Shown: in pieces, positions 12,001 to 26,000 of the stretch | Layout of the letters: every line of letters begins with the position of its first letter | Position numbering within the stretch: the first letter of the stretch is position 1 | Source of the DNA: Dipteris shenzhenensis | Lineage: Eukaryota | Assembly: GCA_047967505.1 (NCBI GenBank) | Contig: CM106538.1 | Direction: 5' to 3' (one strand) | Length of the DNA: 64,000 bases | The notes under the pieces: model-generated | What the model was told of the DNA's origin: nothing | Databases searched by the model: none | The model's input: the letters and a program-made list of their open reading frames with translations, nothing else | Translations under genes and position numbers: made by a program

Positions 12001-15000
12001 ATCAAAATCTGCTGACTCAGAGATGACAGACTACTCTTTTCTCTGGTGAAGTATGCTATGGTGGTTCCCAAGAAGTTACAGATGGAGGATTGCAAAAGTT
12101 GTCATAACAGAACAACTCGCACTTTCTCACACCATATTGTATAAAATTTTGTATATCCATTTACCAATCGCATGGTCACACATCAGCTTGATAATAGAAC
12201 TTATTAGCCAAGGCTCAGCGGAGTCCTTGAGTCACAATGCAGAGCCCACTAGGATTCGTTGCCTTTCTTGGCCGAATAGATTTCTACCTCAATTATGGTC
12301 GATGCGACATGGTGAGACTTGAGGGGTGTGGTGACTCTATGAAGATCAGAATGCCCAAAAGTTGACCACAGGAGACAGTTTCTCACTGTGTGCCAGCTCT
12401 CTCCTGAAGCAGAAAAGCAGCAGCCCCTTTTGGCTTTCTTTTGACAAGGAACAGTACAAAGCAGTCATAGCACCTATGTATGAGGCAGTTTCGGTGAGAC
12501 AATTTTGGCAGACGAAGAAAAAATCACACATAAAATCAGCAGCCTGATCTTCTCCAACAAAGTTGCTTTGCATTTGCCAAGAAACACCATGTTTCCCATA
12601 TCTAGACACAGCCAGGTTCAGTATAACTCCGTCCGAAGGAAATCTAAAAGGGGGGGCTTACCTTAGTGTTTCTCCACTCACGTCACCTTAAAACCCTTTA
12701 CAAGGACAGGAAGGTCCAGCTTACAAGTTACCTCAGTATTGATTCGCAACAATTAATACCTGAGAGAGTGTTGGAAGTAGGGTCCATCTTGAGCCACCAA
12801 TATGTCACCAAAATATGTACTCACACCCATAGTCACAAGAAACGTTTCATCTGTTTCATTGTTTCGTCGTTTCGACAAGTTTCGCTTTGTTTCGTTTCGG
12901 CTTTTCATACGAAATGGATAGGTTTCGAATTGATACTTAATATATACCCTTATAGGGACAAAAAGATATGTTATATTTAAGTTAGAGTGAACAAAGAGAA
13001 ATATAAGTCAAGATACTAAAAGGAAATTCAAAACATAAACACCTTGGATTCTAGAAAAAACAGGGGCAAAAATATTTTGATTTGGGCGAAACAAAGGTTT
13101 CATTGAGAGTGTTTCATCCTATTTCAAAACGTTTCGTCTGTTTCACGTTTCAAGGTTTTGAAGAGGACGAAACGGGTTTTCATGTGAGTATACTATGCTC
13201 ACACCAAGACACCCGCATGAGTTTTAATATGAAATCACTATTCAGTGATGGAAGCATGGACAAGATCAACAGCCAAATGCTCCCATAAAATATTTACATA
13301 AATTTGCTCCAGCATAGCTCAAAGCAAAGCTCCATTAGGTTCTATTTTGAAGGGGATAAGCATTGCATGTTCAGTCATGCAACATTAGCTGATAGGGGTC
13401 TCAACAAAACTGCAACATTTGATGCAGTAATAGCATAGATTAGACAACTAAAAACTGTGATTTGGTTGCAACTCATTTGCATAGTGTTGGACACATTTGC
13501 TACTTGGCAGCCCACATCACAGTGTCTGAAGGAAATCTGAAAAGGGGAGATTTACCTTAGTGTTTCTCTACTCGCGTCACCTTAAAAACCTTTACAAAGG
13601 ACAGGAAGGTCCAGCACCTCACTATTGGTTCACAACAATTAATACTTGAGAGAGTATTGGAAGATCCTTGCTCCACTTCAATTGTACTCATGACCTCCTC
13701 CGTCCACCTAGTTGCCATGCTTGATACCTGCTCGTAGAGTGTCATGATTGCCCACATTATGTCCTGACTGTAGTTGGTGGTGCAATGCCTTACATTCATC
13801 ATTATACCAGCTATTGCATAGGACCAATTCTGTGCAATAGACAAGCTAAAAACAAATAGGTATGGTCGCTCTGGGGGGTGGCAATAGGATGGAAATCTGT
13901 GATGTGGGCTGCCAAGTAAATAGGATGCAACCAAATCACAGTTTTTAGTTGTCTAATCTATGCTAATACTGCACCAATGGTTGCATATTTGTCCAGATGC
14001 CTGTAGGCCATCTTTTGGTGGTTCTAGTGATGCCCTATAGGCCATGGTATGTGCCTTGTAGGCATAAGTGTAGGCACTTATAGTGTTAGTGCCTTCTATG
14101 CCACATAGGACACTTAGTCCTATGTGACACCTAGGACACTTAGTCCTAGGCCTAGGTACAAGTACTTTGTACTTGTGTTTTTCAACCTTATCTAAGTTTA
14201 ACGTGACCTCTCTTTCGACTCGTCTTGTACCTGCACTCTCTCTCTCTCTTTGATCCGTACCTTCAGTGGTATCAGAGCAGGTATTGCTCTAGCCTTCCAG
14301 CCCTCCTCAGCCCCGAGTCCTCCATTGCTCATTGGAGAGTTTTCTACCCTGCTGGCCGACACATTCCCAGATCTGGTTCGACGCCATACTCTAGCCGTTG
14401 CATCGCCGTACTCTGCACCTAGACCTGCGCCGTCGTACTGTACAGTACGTGAGCAGACCTACGCCGTACATCCGTCGTCGACTGTACCTTCAATCGTCAA
14501 CTGTACCTGCGCCGTACCGTACGCTGCGTTGTACTCCATCCGTACATCGTACTGTACCGTACGCCGTTTCGTACCTTCGCTGGAATCAGGTCCTTGGTCT
14601 CACTGCAGTCATCTACAGACATTTGCAGATTTGGGGCTTTTGCAGGACATTGGAAAATTTAGGGTTTTCATTTCCTTTCACCTCCTTTAATTGCAATTTC
14701 TTGCAAGAAATTAGAGTTTTGGGATTTGTTCAGCAACTTCTTGTTTAGATTGCAGTACATTGGGTCAGATTGCAGACATTCAGTTACATTTGCAAGACAT
14801 TGAGTCAGATTTGCATACATTGGGTCACATTTGCAAAATTTCAGCAAAATTTGGGGCTTTTCTGAATTTTCCCTCTTTTTGGCCTATTTGCCCTCAATAA
14901 ATTTGGGGCTTTTGCCAAATTTGCTGTTTTTGCAGTGAACATTGCCTGTCACAATCACATTTGGGTCAGATCTGCATTTGCCCTTTGATTTGGGTCAGAA

Positions 15001-18000
15001 ATTTGCAGATATTTGCTGTCATTTTTGGGACAGCCAGCTTTTTGCAGTGATAGCCTTGAGGTTTTTGGGTTTTCAAGTCTTTTACAGGTTATCACAGTTG
15101 CTATGGCTGGGAACAATCAAGATTTATTTGGACTTCTTCGTGAAGATGATAAGTTGGATGGCACCAACTATCCGATGTGGTCTTATCTCATGAAACATAT
15201 TCTTGTTGCAAAGCATTTGTGGAATATTGTTTCTAGGTCTGATCTGAGGCCAGCCAATGCTATAGTGGTTGGTTCTACTGCTGCACCTTCTGCAGGTGGT
15301 ACTCCTCTTGATGCCTCTTCCTCTAGCACTCCTGCTGCTGCTCTTCCAACTCAAGAACAGTCTAGATGGGATGCAAGAGATGCAAATGCACATTCATGCA
15401 TTGCTTTATCATGCAAGAGAATCATTATTCCACACATCCGGTCTTGCAAGACAGCAAAGGATGCTTGGGATAAATTGGCTTCTCTATATCAGATTCGCAA
15501 TGAAGCTCGTGTTGCATATTTGAGAAGGCAATTACAGGAAGTGAATATGAATGAAGGTGAGTCAATGGATGCATATTTGACAAAGGTCAAGGACCTCATG
15601 GAACAGCTTGCCAACATTGATGAGGTGGTGCCAAATTCACAGCTTGTCAGTACTACATTGAATGGACTACCAGATACATATCAAGGGTTTGCTACAACCC
15701 TTCGATTAGTGGCCATGGGTAATCCAGACCACTATTCTTTTGATCAGCTAGTTACTTTGCTTTTGCAGAAAGAGCAAAGTAGAGCTAACAGACAAGCCAT
15801 TATTCCTGATCATGCATTTGCTTCACAATAGACAGGAAGAGGCAAGGCTTCCAAGCCTATGGGCAAGCCAAAATCTGCGCACAGCAGCTGCAATTCCTCT
15901 ATGCATAGCAACTGCAATTCCTCCCATGCGTCTAAAAATACAGCAAATAAGAAAAAGAAGAAAAGATGCAACTATTGTCGCAAGCCTGGACATGACAGAA
16001 TGCAAGAAGCGCATTGCTTCGGAGAAAAAGAAAGCAGGATTGACAGTTAATGCCTCACATGCCATTGAATCCCATGAGCCAGCAGATGCTTCACATGCAC
16101 ATGCTCTTCAGAATGATTGGGCATGGGCTGTCCGTTGCTCATTTGATCCCTCCAAAGCTGATGCACTTTTTACTGCTAATGATGCTCAGTCCTGGTACTT
16201 TGATAGTGGTGCTTCCAAGCATGTCACATCTTGCAGACAGTTGTTTCATTCTCTAGCTGATGCACCTCGAGGGGGGACTGTTACATGTGCCAATAATGCT
16301 TCATATGCTGTAAAAGGAGTTGGAGATGTGCAGCTCACATCCATTTCCAATCATCCTATCACTCTGACAAATGTTCTTTTTGTGCCTGGCATTGAAGTCA
16401 ACTTGATTTCAATTTCAGCAATTGCTACTTCAGGTTTCAGAGTAATTTTTGATGGCTACAGATGCCTAGTATATGATCTTCGTGATGACAATGTCATAGT
16501 TCTCACTGGCACTTTGCAAAAAGGGCTTTATCACCTTCATCATCATTCAGCTGCACTTTCTACTGAAGCATTGGCTATTTCAGATTCACAGCTTGTTGAA
16601 ACTCATCTTTGGCATGAGAGAATGGGCCATCTCAATTATAGAGCTCTTGCAAAGCTACATTCATAGCAGATGGCAAATGATGTACCTCAAACTCACACAG
16701 TTTCTAAACATGTGTGTGAGGGTTGTCTTTTGGGTAAGATGCATCGATTTCCTTTTCAAAAGAATTGTCCAAAACTCTCACAAAGGAAATTGCAGCTAGT
16801 AAACAGTGATGTCTGTGGCCCAACGAGGACAAATGCCATTGGAGGATACAAGTATTTCATGACTCTCATTGATGATTTCACAAGGTATTGCTGGGTATAT
16901 CCTTTAAAGGCCAAATCTGAAGTTTTCTTATGCTTTCAGAGATGGCTGAATATGGTTGAGAATGAATCAGGGTGCAAGCTTGTCACCCTCAACACAGATA
17001 GGGGGGGTGAGTATATGTCAAAGAAGTTTGATGCATTTCTATCCTCACGGGGCATTATTCACTCATGCACTACTCCTTACACTCCTCAGCAGAATCCTGT
17101 TTCTGAAAGGAAAAACAGGTCCACAATGGAGATGGCCAGATGAATGTGTGCAGTAATGTGTGCCAACTATGTGCTGAATAGATCACCTACACGGGCATTA
17201 AAGACTATTACACCTTATGAAGCATGGAAAGGCAGGAAGCCTTCACTTTCACACATGAAAGTTTTTGGGTCTCTTGCATATGTTCATGTACCATCTCAAC
17301 TGAGACATAAGCTTGATGACAAGGTAATCAAATGCATATTCATTGGTTACAGCCAAGAGAGCAGAGGGTATCGGTTATATCAACCAAATACTAGGAAGAT
17401 TATTGTCAGTAGAGATGTGATCTTTGCTGAACATTCAGCTTCTCCTCTTGTGGACTACAAAGCAAAGCCAGATATTGACATGTTTGATGCCTTTGAATCT
17501 TGGTTACCTCTACCATCATCAGAAGAGGATTTTGTTCCCTATGGGGAGTAACATGGAAGGAAGCACCAGAATCCAAAATCCAATCCTGGGAATATGCATC
17601 ATCTGAAGTGGCAAGCAACTCTGCAGATAAACTAGACATGAAGAGAACGTCATTGTCACTATCATGTGTGACTGCATTGATCTCCTCGATCTTCACTTTT
17701 CCTTTGTCCTCCCTTGGACTCTCTTCCTTTTGATTTGCACCCCAATTTGCATTCTTTTTCTTATCCTTTTGCTCTCTTTTCAGCTTGTAGCAATCCTTTT
17801 TCATATGGCCCTTCTTGCCACAATGGTAACACTCAATGTTCCGTGCCCTGGATTTGCTACGAGACTTCCCTCTTTCTTGGGACTTCCCCCTGAACTGTGA
17901 TCTGCCCCTTTGCACATTTAAGGCTGCATCCTGCTTGTTGCCATCCATAGACTTCCGTCTAATCTCCTCGGCCAACAAGCTACCCACAACATCATCAAAT

Positions 18001-21000
18001 TTCAGTACTCCACCAGGTGCAGAGTTACTGACAGCTGTACGGAAGGTATCCCATGAGGATGGCAATGAACATAAGAGAAATATTGCCTTAGTCTCCGCAT
18101 CAAAATTCATTTTCTGAGCCTGAAGCTGGCTGAAAATAATATTGAATTCATTCAAGTGAGAAGCAATGGAGACCCCTTCCTTCATTTGCAGCTCAAACAA
18201 CCTCTTCATGAGGTAAACTTTATTAGAGGCAGTTTCCTTTTCATAAGTGGCACACAGTTTCTTCCACAAATCTTCCATAGTCTGCTCATTTACTACTGTG
18301 AAATAAACTGACTCTGCAAGATGAAGTCTAATAGTAGACTTTGCTAATGCATCCAACTCATTCCAATCATCCTCAGACATATTTGCAGGCTTAGCTTCAA
18401 TCCCTGCCAAGGGTTTAATCTGCTTCTTTTGAATAAGCACATCCCTTATTTGTTCTTTCCACAAAGAAATGAGCACGGTTACCCTATGTAAAAACGCATC
18501 TAAAAGCGTGGTTACCCTGTGTTAAAATGCATCTATGTGCATGATAACCGTGTGTATAAGCGCATCTAGCAGAATTTTGACATGCTTTTAAACATGCCAC
18601 CGCCTTAACCCTTCCCACCGAATTTTGCATCGCCTCAGAGTCTGGTTTGAGTTTCAAAAAGCTTTTACAACTTCTCATGCTTTGGATGCTCGTCACCCTC
18701 ACCCCTACCAAAACATCCAAGCAAGCAAGCATTCCAACAAGTTCAAGCTAAGCAAGCAACCAAGTGAAGGCAAGCAAGCGAATGATTGTGGCTCTCATCC
18801 TCTCCCACCATGATTTCTATCATGGTATCGGACCCTGGTGCTCCTGGCACTCTATACTTCTTATCCTTGATGCCGCTATAGCCCCTTTATTTTTAGAGGC
18901 ATTGCCACACTTTTGGAGGAGTTCTTGGCTGCCTATACTAAATCGCTGCTACAATGTTGAAATTGAATTTTTTCATGCTGCCAAATCTATGCATCCTAGA
19001 GGAAGTAAGCTGCTTGTTCTGAATTCGTTCAACACAGGTCATCATTGTTTTCAAAATAACGCCCTATACAGAAACAAGAATTGGACATCGTCGCTCAGCA
19101 AAAGAACGATCATGCAGAAGATGCATTGCTTGCCCCATCTAAATTTGTCGCCATATTTCTAGGACTCTACTGTCGACTCTATCGTTGCATTCACGATAGT
19201 CTAATCTCTTGTCCAGAGAGCTCGAACCAGGCACAATACGTCGAAACACTGAGGGTTCTCTTCGTCCACAAATGTAGCCATGCACTTGCCGCAAACCCGA
19301 AGTACCTATTGTATTTGCAAGAACAAATGGGATGAAAGAGTTTGTTATTTGTTAGCGACTTGCAGTGAACAAAATTCTTAGTGACGGAATCAAAGGACAG
19401 CAGAGATGTGGGTTGTAGAAGAACTTTCTACCAATGACCACTATCGTGTCAGTTCAAATGGTTTAAATGTTTATTGGCACCTAGAAATCGCTCATGTCCT
19501 TCATCAAATTTATTTTCCTGTAAACCCATAAAAATTTTGGGGGGGGGTTTGTTTGCCAATTTAGGCAAAATTCTGTTGGAGATATCATAGCCAAAGAGTA
19601 TGTCGGTGTGATGTGTAGTACTAGGATCATCCATCTCAAATGCTCTTCAAACACTTGTTGCTTTTGCAAACCATCCTCTATGTATGTTTGTCCTACCTTT
19701 TTTCTCCTTTTAACTTGTCTTATATGTTAGATATGCTCAATGCCCCACCCTCCTAGTAACCACCGGTGGTCCAAGGTGCTCAAGTTGTAAGGCCCCCATA
19801 TGAGGAGAAGCCGTGTGTGAGCCCGGGACACTGGATGGATCCTGACTTGCATGTCAGATGAGGTCTATCAGTGAGACTGTTGATGGTAGAAAGGTGATTG
19901 TGTGGGAGCCCCTTATTCTTGCTGGGGCCTGGGGGATCCCAGGGAGGCCAACGGCCCCCCTGGTGGGTGTTCGGGGACGGAAGCCCCCGAAGCGACGGTA
20001 TAGGGAATATTTCATGAATATTCCATGGACGACTAGTCGGTTCCACCGACTAGGTTGACTGGTCGGCTCAACCGACTAGGTCGACTGGTCGACTCCACCG
20101 ACTACGTTGATCCGACTACCACCCTCATAGTTATAAAGAGGCGACCTCCCCAATCCATTGTATCAGACCAGTTCAGATCAGATCAGATCTTCCAGCTAGT
20201 AGCTCTTCACCTAGTATCTGTCTAGATTGCCATCTAAGCTCCACTGTGGGAGCACACCAGTGGACGGAGCCATCATCTGTACTACATCAGTATTGAAGGA
20301 AAAGTTTGTTCCTCTCCAGTTTGTTGTGTACTCTCTATTCTTTGTTCAGTTTCTGTTCCGTTGCGCCGTGTAATTTAACATGGTATCAAAGCCCCAAGCG
20401 GCTCTAAGGATCAAAGAATAAAAAAGAGGCGAGGGCTTCAACAACATACGGAGTGATGGTAACAGGAAGCGGCTCGAGTTCAGCAACTGCTGCTGCACCA
20501 ACAATCCAGGCGTTGAGAATTCGCCCACCAGCCTTTACTGAAGGCAAGCTAGATGGTACGAACTACACTCGGTGGAAGTTTAAAATTACTGCTATTCTAG
20601 ATTCATATGAGCTTCCGGAGACAATACTGGGGACTGACCCAGAACAACAAGGAACCCCCAACCCAGCAAATCCGGGGAGTATGATACCTCCTAATGCCGA
20701 CCTTCTACGAGCTTGGAAACACAGGAACGCACATGCTCTATGTGCCTTGGTTACAAGTACTACTGATAGTGTTTTGACCTTGATTCAACATACATCTAAG
20801 GCAATTGTGGCCTGGAACATATTGAAGAGTCAGTATGAGACGCGGAATCAGACAAGGATCCAGAACCTAGAGAATCAGCTCGCAGCAGAGGAGTTTAATG
20901 AAGGAGAGACAGCGGAGGTGTTCATAACCCAAATCAAAAATCTGCTGAAAACAGGCTTGAAACAGCTCAAACAACTCAAAAACTGCACAAGAACAAGTGA

Positions 21001-22976
21001 AAACGTCCAACACCTCTGGAAGAGTGAGGGGAGAGAGATGGAAGGTGGGGGAAGGGCATGCATACACATGCATGACAAATGGCATCTCCTCCTTGCCATT
21101 TGCCCCTTCATTAAAGTCCTAACCCCCATACCAAGGACAACGTTGGTTGTCCTTGGACCCAACTTTTAGACCTCTCTTTTAAAGCCTTTGCTTGCCCCTA
21201 GGACCTAGTGGTGCACCTAGACTTTGCCCTTAGGAACTTCTAGGAAGTGTGCACTTCCTCTAGCCAGACCCTCACGGCCAAACCATGTGTGAGTCATGTG
21301 TGAGTGCCACGTGTCATTATGGGACTTATCCCATATAGCAGTGCTAGTGTGTGAGTGAGTAGCCTATATAAGGCTTGTACTTCACTTATCTTGTCATACT
21401 TGATGAATGAATGAAAGCCTTCTTCATGTCTTCATTTGAGCATCATTTCCTCACACCCTAACTTTCTATCTCTGTCTCTCTCTCCACCATGTTTCTAACA
21501 TTGTATCAGAGCCAGGTCCGATAGCCATGTCATCCTAGCCCTAACCCTAATTCAAAACCCTAAGATGAGTCGAGTGATCATCTAGCCCGGTTTCAATCTC
21601 TTGTTCAACAATTCTCAAGTTTGAAAAGTGTGCCCAACGATGAAGATAAGATGGTTGTCCTTATGAAGAGTATGCATGGAATTTTCTCGCTTTGAGTAAA
21701 CTCTTGAAGTTCTTCACCTTGCCACTACCACATTTGATGATATGGTGGCACTCCTCATGAGAAGGACCGTCGCAAAAAGGGAGCCTCTCTTGCCTCTCCT
21801 AGTTGATCAAGCATTTGCTTCCATAAGCAAATGGAAGACCAACATGAATATTATTTGCACGTTTTGCACGAGAAAAGGACACATTGAAGCTCACTGCTTC
21901 AAGAAGAAGGAACAAGAACAAGAGAAGCACCATGCCAATCTCCTTGCTGAAGAACAAGCTGAGCCTGAAGAGCCCTTGGAGGAGATACATGCAGCTACAG
22001 CAGAGGTTCACGGCCTCTCTCTTGAGGACGAGGACCCTTACGACAAGGGTTGGACATTTTAGGCCCCTATGCTATGTGTGTTTGTGTTGAGTCAATAAAG
22101 GTACTCAGCCTTGAGTTGTCCCTCTAGATTGAATGTATTTGGAGTCAATAAGAGGTATTATGCCCTGGGTTGTCCCCCAAAAATGAATGTATTGTCTTTT
22201 ACTTTGGTTTGATGGTATTGACCATCCAGTAAAGGAGGTGACGAGTGATTATTTGTCCTTGTCGGTCGCAAGCTGACTGAGAAGTCCCTATCACACGAGA
22301 GGTGTTGGATAGTTGGACTTGCTCTTTGCAGTATTGCGGTGGAGGGGGGATCGGTCCGTGTTGGGTCTCCCACTCTTTGCTCTGAAGGGGGGTGTGGGAG
22401 ATATCATAGCCAAAGAGTGTGTTGGTGTGATGTGTTGGTGTGTAGTACTAGGTAATCTAGTACTAGTTCATGTGTGTGAGTCATGTATGACTGCCACGTG
22501 TCATTATGGGACTTATCCCATACGCACTAGGTGCTAGTGTGTGAGTGAGTAGCCTACATAAGGCTTGTACTTCACTTATCTTGTCATAATTGATGAATGA
22601 ACGAAAGCCGCTCACCTCACCTTTGCTCAGATTTGTACTCTCATAGCAGGAGGCAGAGTCGATGGACAGGATTTCCAGTATTATTTTGGTTCTCAGACTC
22701 CGTGACACCTGGACTTGTATCTTTGCATTGGCATATTGTACTCATCCCCCCATTTTGCACCCAGGGGCGGTTTCCTTGCATCTAGTTTACTTTATATTTA
22801 GGCTCACATTTGACATTATGTACTTTCACTTGCATTGTATTGCGTAGCACTTAGATGATATTCGACGATGCCTCTTCTTTGTGGCACGTTAATTTTGTGC
22901 TATCTTGTATGCAGAGTTCTTGATGTCCCATGGGCCCATTTTGGCCTTTAGTGGACAATAATACACTTTCTTTCTT

Positions 22977-23008
<32 letters not shown>

Positions 23009-26000
23009 CACCATGTTTCTAACAAATTGGTCACACCTAGAGCCTCCAATTTGACATTGAAGGCTTTAAGCTTACAGCTTTGAGAGTCTACCTACCGAGT
23101 CTTCCAAGTCTTCCACTAAATGCCCTAAGCACCTATCCCCGTAGACTTCATTGACATCATGTTCAAGGGCCTTCTTGTTGAACGCTTCATTGTCACATCA
23201 TCGAAAGAGCATGAATGTGCATATATGTGCAACAGTTGCAAGGGAAACATCCCTCACCTTGAGAGATCTATATTATTATGTTTTTATGTGTGTTTCAATT
23301 GGGTAAATGTCTTGGGGGAAATGATTGTAAGAAATTGAGTGTGTTTGTGTGTTGTTTCATAAAAGGCTCTATCATTTCTTGTACCCAGTTAGAAGCCAAG
23401 GGGTTTATCATGGAGAAACCGATTTTTAGTATTCATCGTTCTCCCATATCACGCCTGACCAAGTCTCAAGATGCTGGTGCATTTGTTCCCTAGACCTATG
23501 AGCCGGTCATGCATCTATGCTTACACTTGAGCCTCTGGTCACGTTTGAACATCAAGCCATAAGAGCCCTCAGTTCAACCTCTGAACCATGCTCACACTTG
23601 AGCCTCTGATGAAACCCCTCTGTGCTTTTTCAACAACTTTTGACCAAGGAATTTATAGATTTGCAGACTTTTTCAAATGCTCATGGATGCATGTTGGAAT
23701 GGAGATTGCATGAATAAGAGCTTACATAACTGGATAAATAGAGAGTAGCAACAAAGAGAAATACACTATTTGCCATTTGCAGAACCATTTACATTTGCAT
23801 TTGGGTTAAGGGGCTAAGATGGGGCTCCCCCCTTATCCAGGCTCTTTTAATTTCTCAAAATGGAGATACAAGTCCAAGGTGCAATGCCCCTTACAAACCT
23901 GGACTCAAACCCTTGACCAAGGTATAGACAAGAACATATTTACAATTGCAGAGCAAGTGTGCTCAAACTGAGCTATAGACAAAGCATGACTCAAAAGCTG
24001 AGAACTAGTGGAAGCTGAACTCCGTGGGCAACTCAACCCACAAGGAAGATGCCTGCATAATCACAAATTCCATCCCACATTAGTTGCATGCACTAGATCA
24101 CTAGAAAAAGAGAACTTTACAATGTAAAATGTAGACAAAACTCAGATTTTAAACTCCCCTTCTGCTCTTGCTCCCTTGGTTATGGAGCTCTTGGTGCGCA
24201 CTTGCAGCCCCTCTTGCTTGCGTAAGTGAGATCTTGGGGCTGTAGAGAAAAACTCAGAAAGAGTGATGCAAGGAAGAGAGAGAAAGCCTTGGAATAGAGT
24301 AATGATGTAGAGCGAGAGTGTTGAAGCTGTTCCAAGGTAAGGGGAAGAGAAACGGGTACTGATGCTGCTCCAAAGGTGAAGAAAAGAAGAGATTTCTGCA
24401 GAGAGAGAAGGCTGAAACTGTAGAGAGAGAAAGTCTACTGTAGAGCCCACCCTCTGCCCAAAATGGCAGGTTTTTGGGGGCTGGCTGTCTCAAAGAGGCA
24501 AGCTTTTCCAGCCCACCAAATGGTGGGCTGGCCCCCACACTTGTCTCAAAGAGGCAAGCTTTTCCAGCCCACCAAATGGTGGCAAGCTTTTCCAAATGGT
24601 AGGCTGCATACACAATCAAGTCAAGAGAAGAACCACTCAATTCTTAGATTCTTTGAAGCTTTATTGTGAAGTTTTCCATGATACTCTTTTTGAGGTGGGC
24701 TGGCCCCCACACTTGTCCCCCTCTCTCGTGCCACTTGTCCCCTCCCATTGCCAAGTGGCTAGGCCAGCTGGCCCTGCTGCCAGCTCAGCCTGCAACCTCC
24801 ACATGTCACCTAAAGCCCTAAAAATTCAAAGTAGTCAGAATTAAATTCTGACTTCACAAATGGGTTCCTAACAAGTAGTCTTACACATTGACCTATTCTA
24901 AAGTCATGTTTGAAGTTAATTGACCTCAGGTAAGAGGTTTATTTGTTTGTCATCTTATCTTGTATCCCCATGCCTCTTAGAATGCTTCCTGGCTCACCCC
25001 CAAAGCCCTAAGACATTCTCTTGGAGGGTTGCTAGATCGGTCTACAATCTGTGCATTTGATTGGTCCCAAAGATGGGTACTCAGATCAGGTGTGATTTCC
25101 CGATGTCCTTTCTCAAAGAGAAGGCATCACTCTTGTGGGTCACTAATGCCCATAACCCCAAGCAAGGGGGTCCACTCTCAAATGCTAGACCTAGCCCCCA
25201 TGACCTAACTGAAACTACAGGAAAACTTTCATCACATTTGCAAAACATGCTATTAAAATTGAAATGTGAAAGAAAAATTACCAAGCAAGTGGATAAAAGT
25301 TTGCTGAGGAGTGACATTCCCTCCGTCTTTCCTTCTGTTGTCCTCAACTGGAATGCTTCTTCATAAGCATCCAAGATTTTAGGAAATGCTTGAAACATAG
25401 CTCTATCCGTCCTGTGGATGGCAATCCCTTACTTAAGAAGATACATCTTTCGAGTCTTTCTGCATCTTCCCGTGATGAAGTTATGGAAGATAATCTGCTC
25501 CTAGATCAAAAGGATCTCATTGTCTTAAACTTGAGGCAGATCTTCAAGACTCGGCTCTTGAGGTGGATCCCCAACATAGGGCTAATATGAAAAGCATTGT
25601 GTATCTTCCAATAAGGTGGAAGGCTCAACCAAACTGTGACGTTGTTGATCACCTGCAACACTTGGAAAGGGCCATAATGCCTGAAAGAGAGTTTATAATA
25701 GATTCTTTTATGTCCCACCTTTGTTTTCAACTTGGCTTTCTCGAAACTTCAAAAATACCCATTGGCCTCTTTGACTTCAAAAGCTCTCTATTTCTTTTGG
25801 GCAGCAGCCCTTTGTTTTTCTTGGGCTTTCTGAATGGCTGAACGGACCGTGGTATAAGCAGAGTCATACTCCATTTTCTCTTTACCTTGCATCAGAGAAA
25901 TCGGTAAGGATCTTCCATAAATAATCTCAAAAGGGGAGGTCTTTCTTGTGGAAAAATGAATGTATAATTGTAAGAAAACTCTACAATTGGGAGAAACTTT

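Noticed and set aside
19611-19630. 5S rRNA/Cassandra-like AGTACTAGGAT motif
   Set aside because: The match is only about 11-13 nt with no further 5S similarity; it is part of an ordinary LTR.
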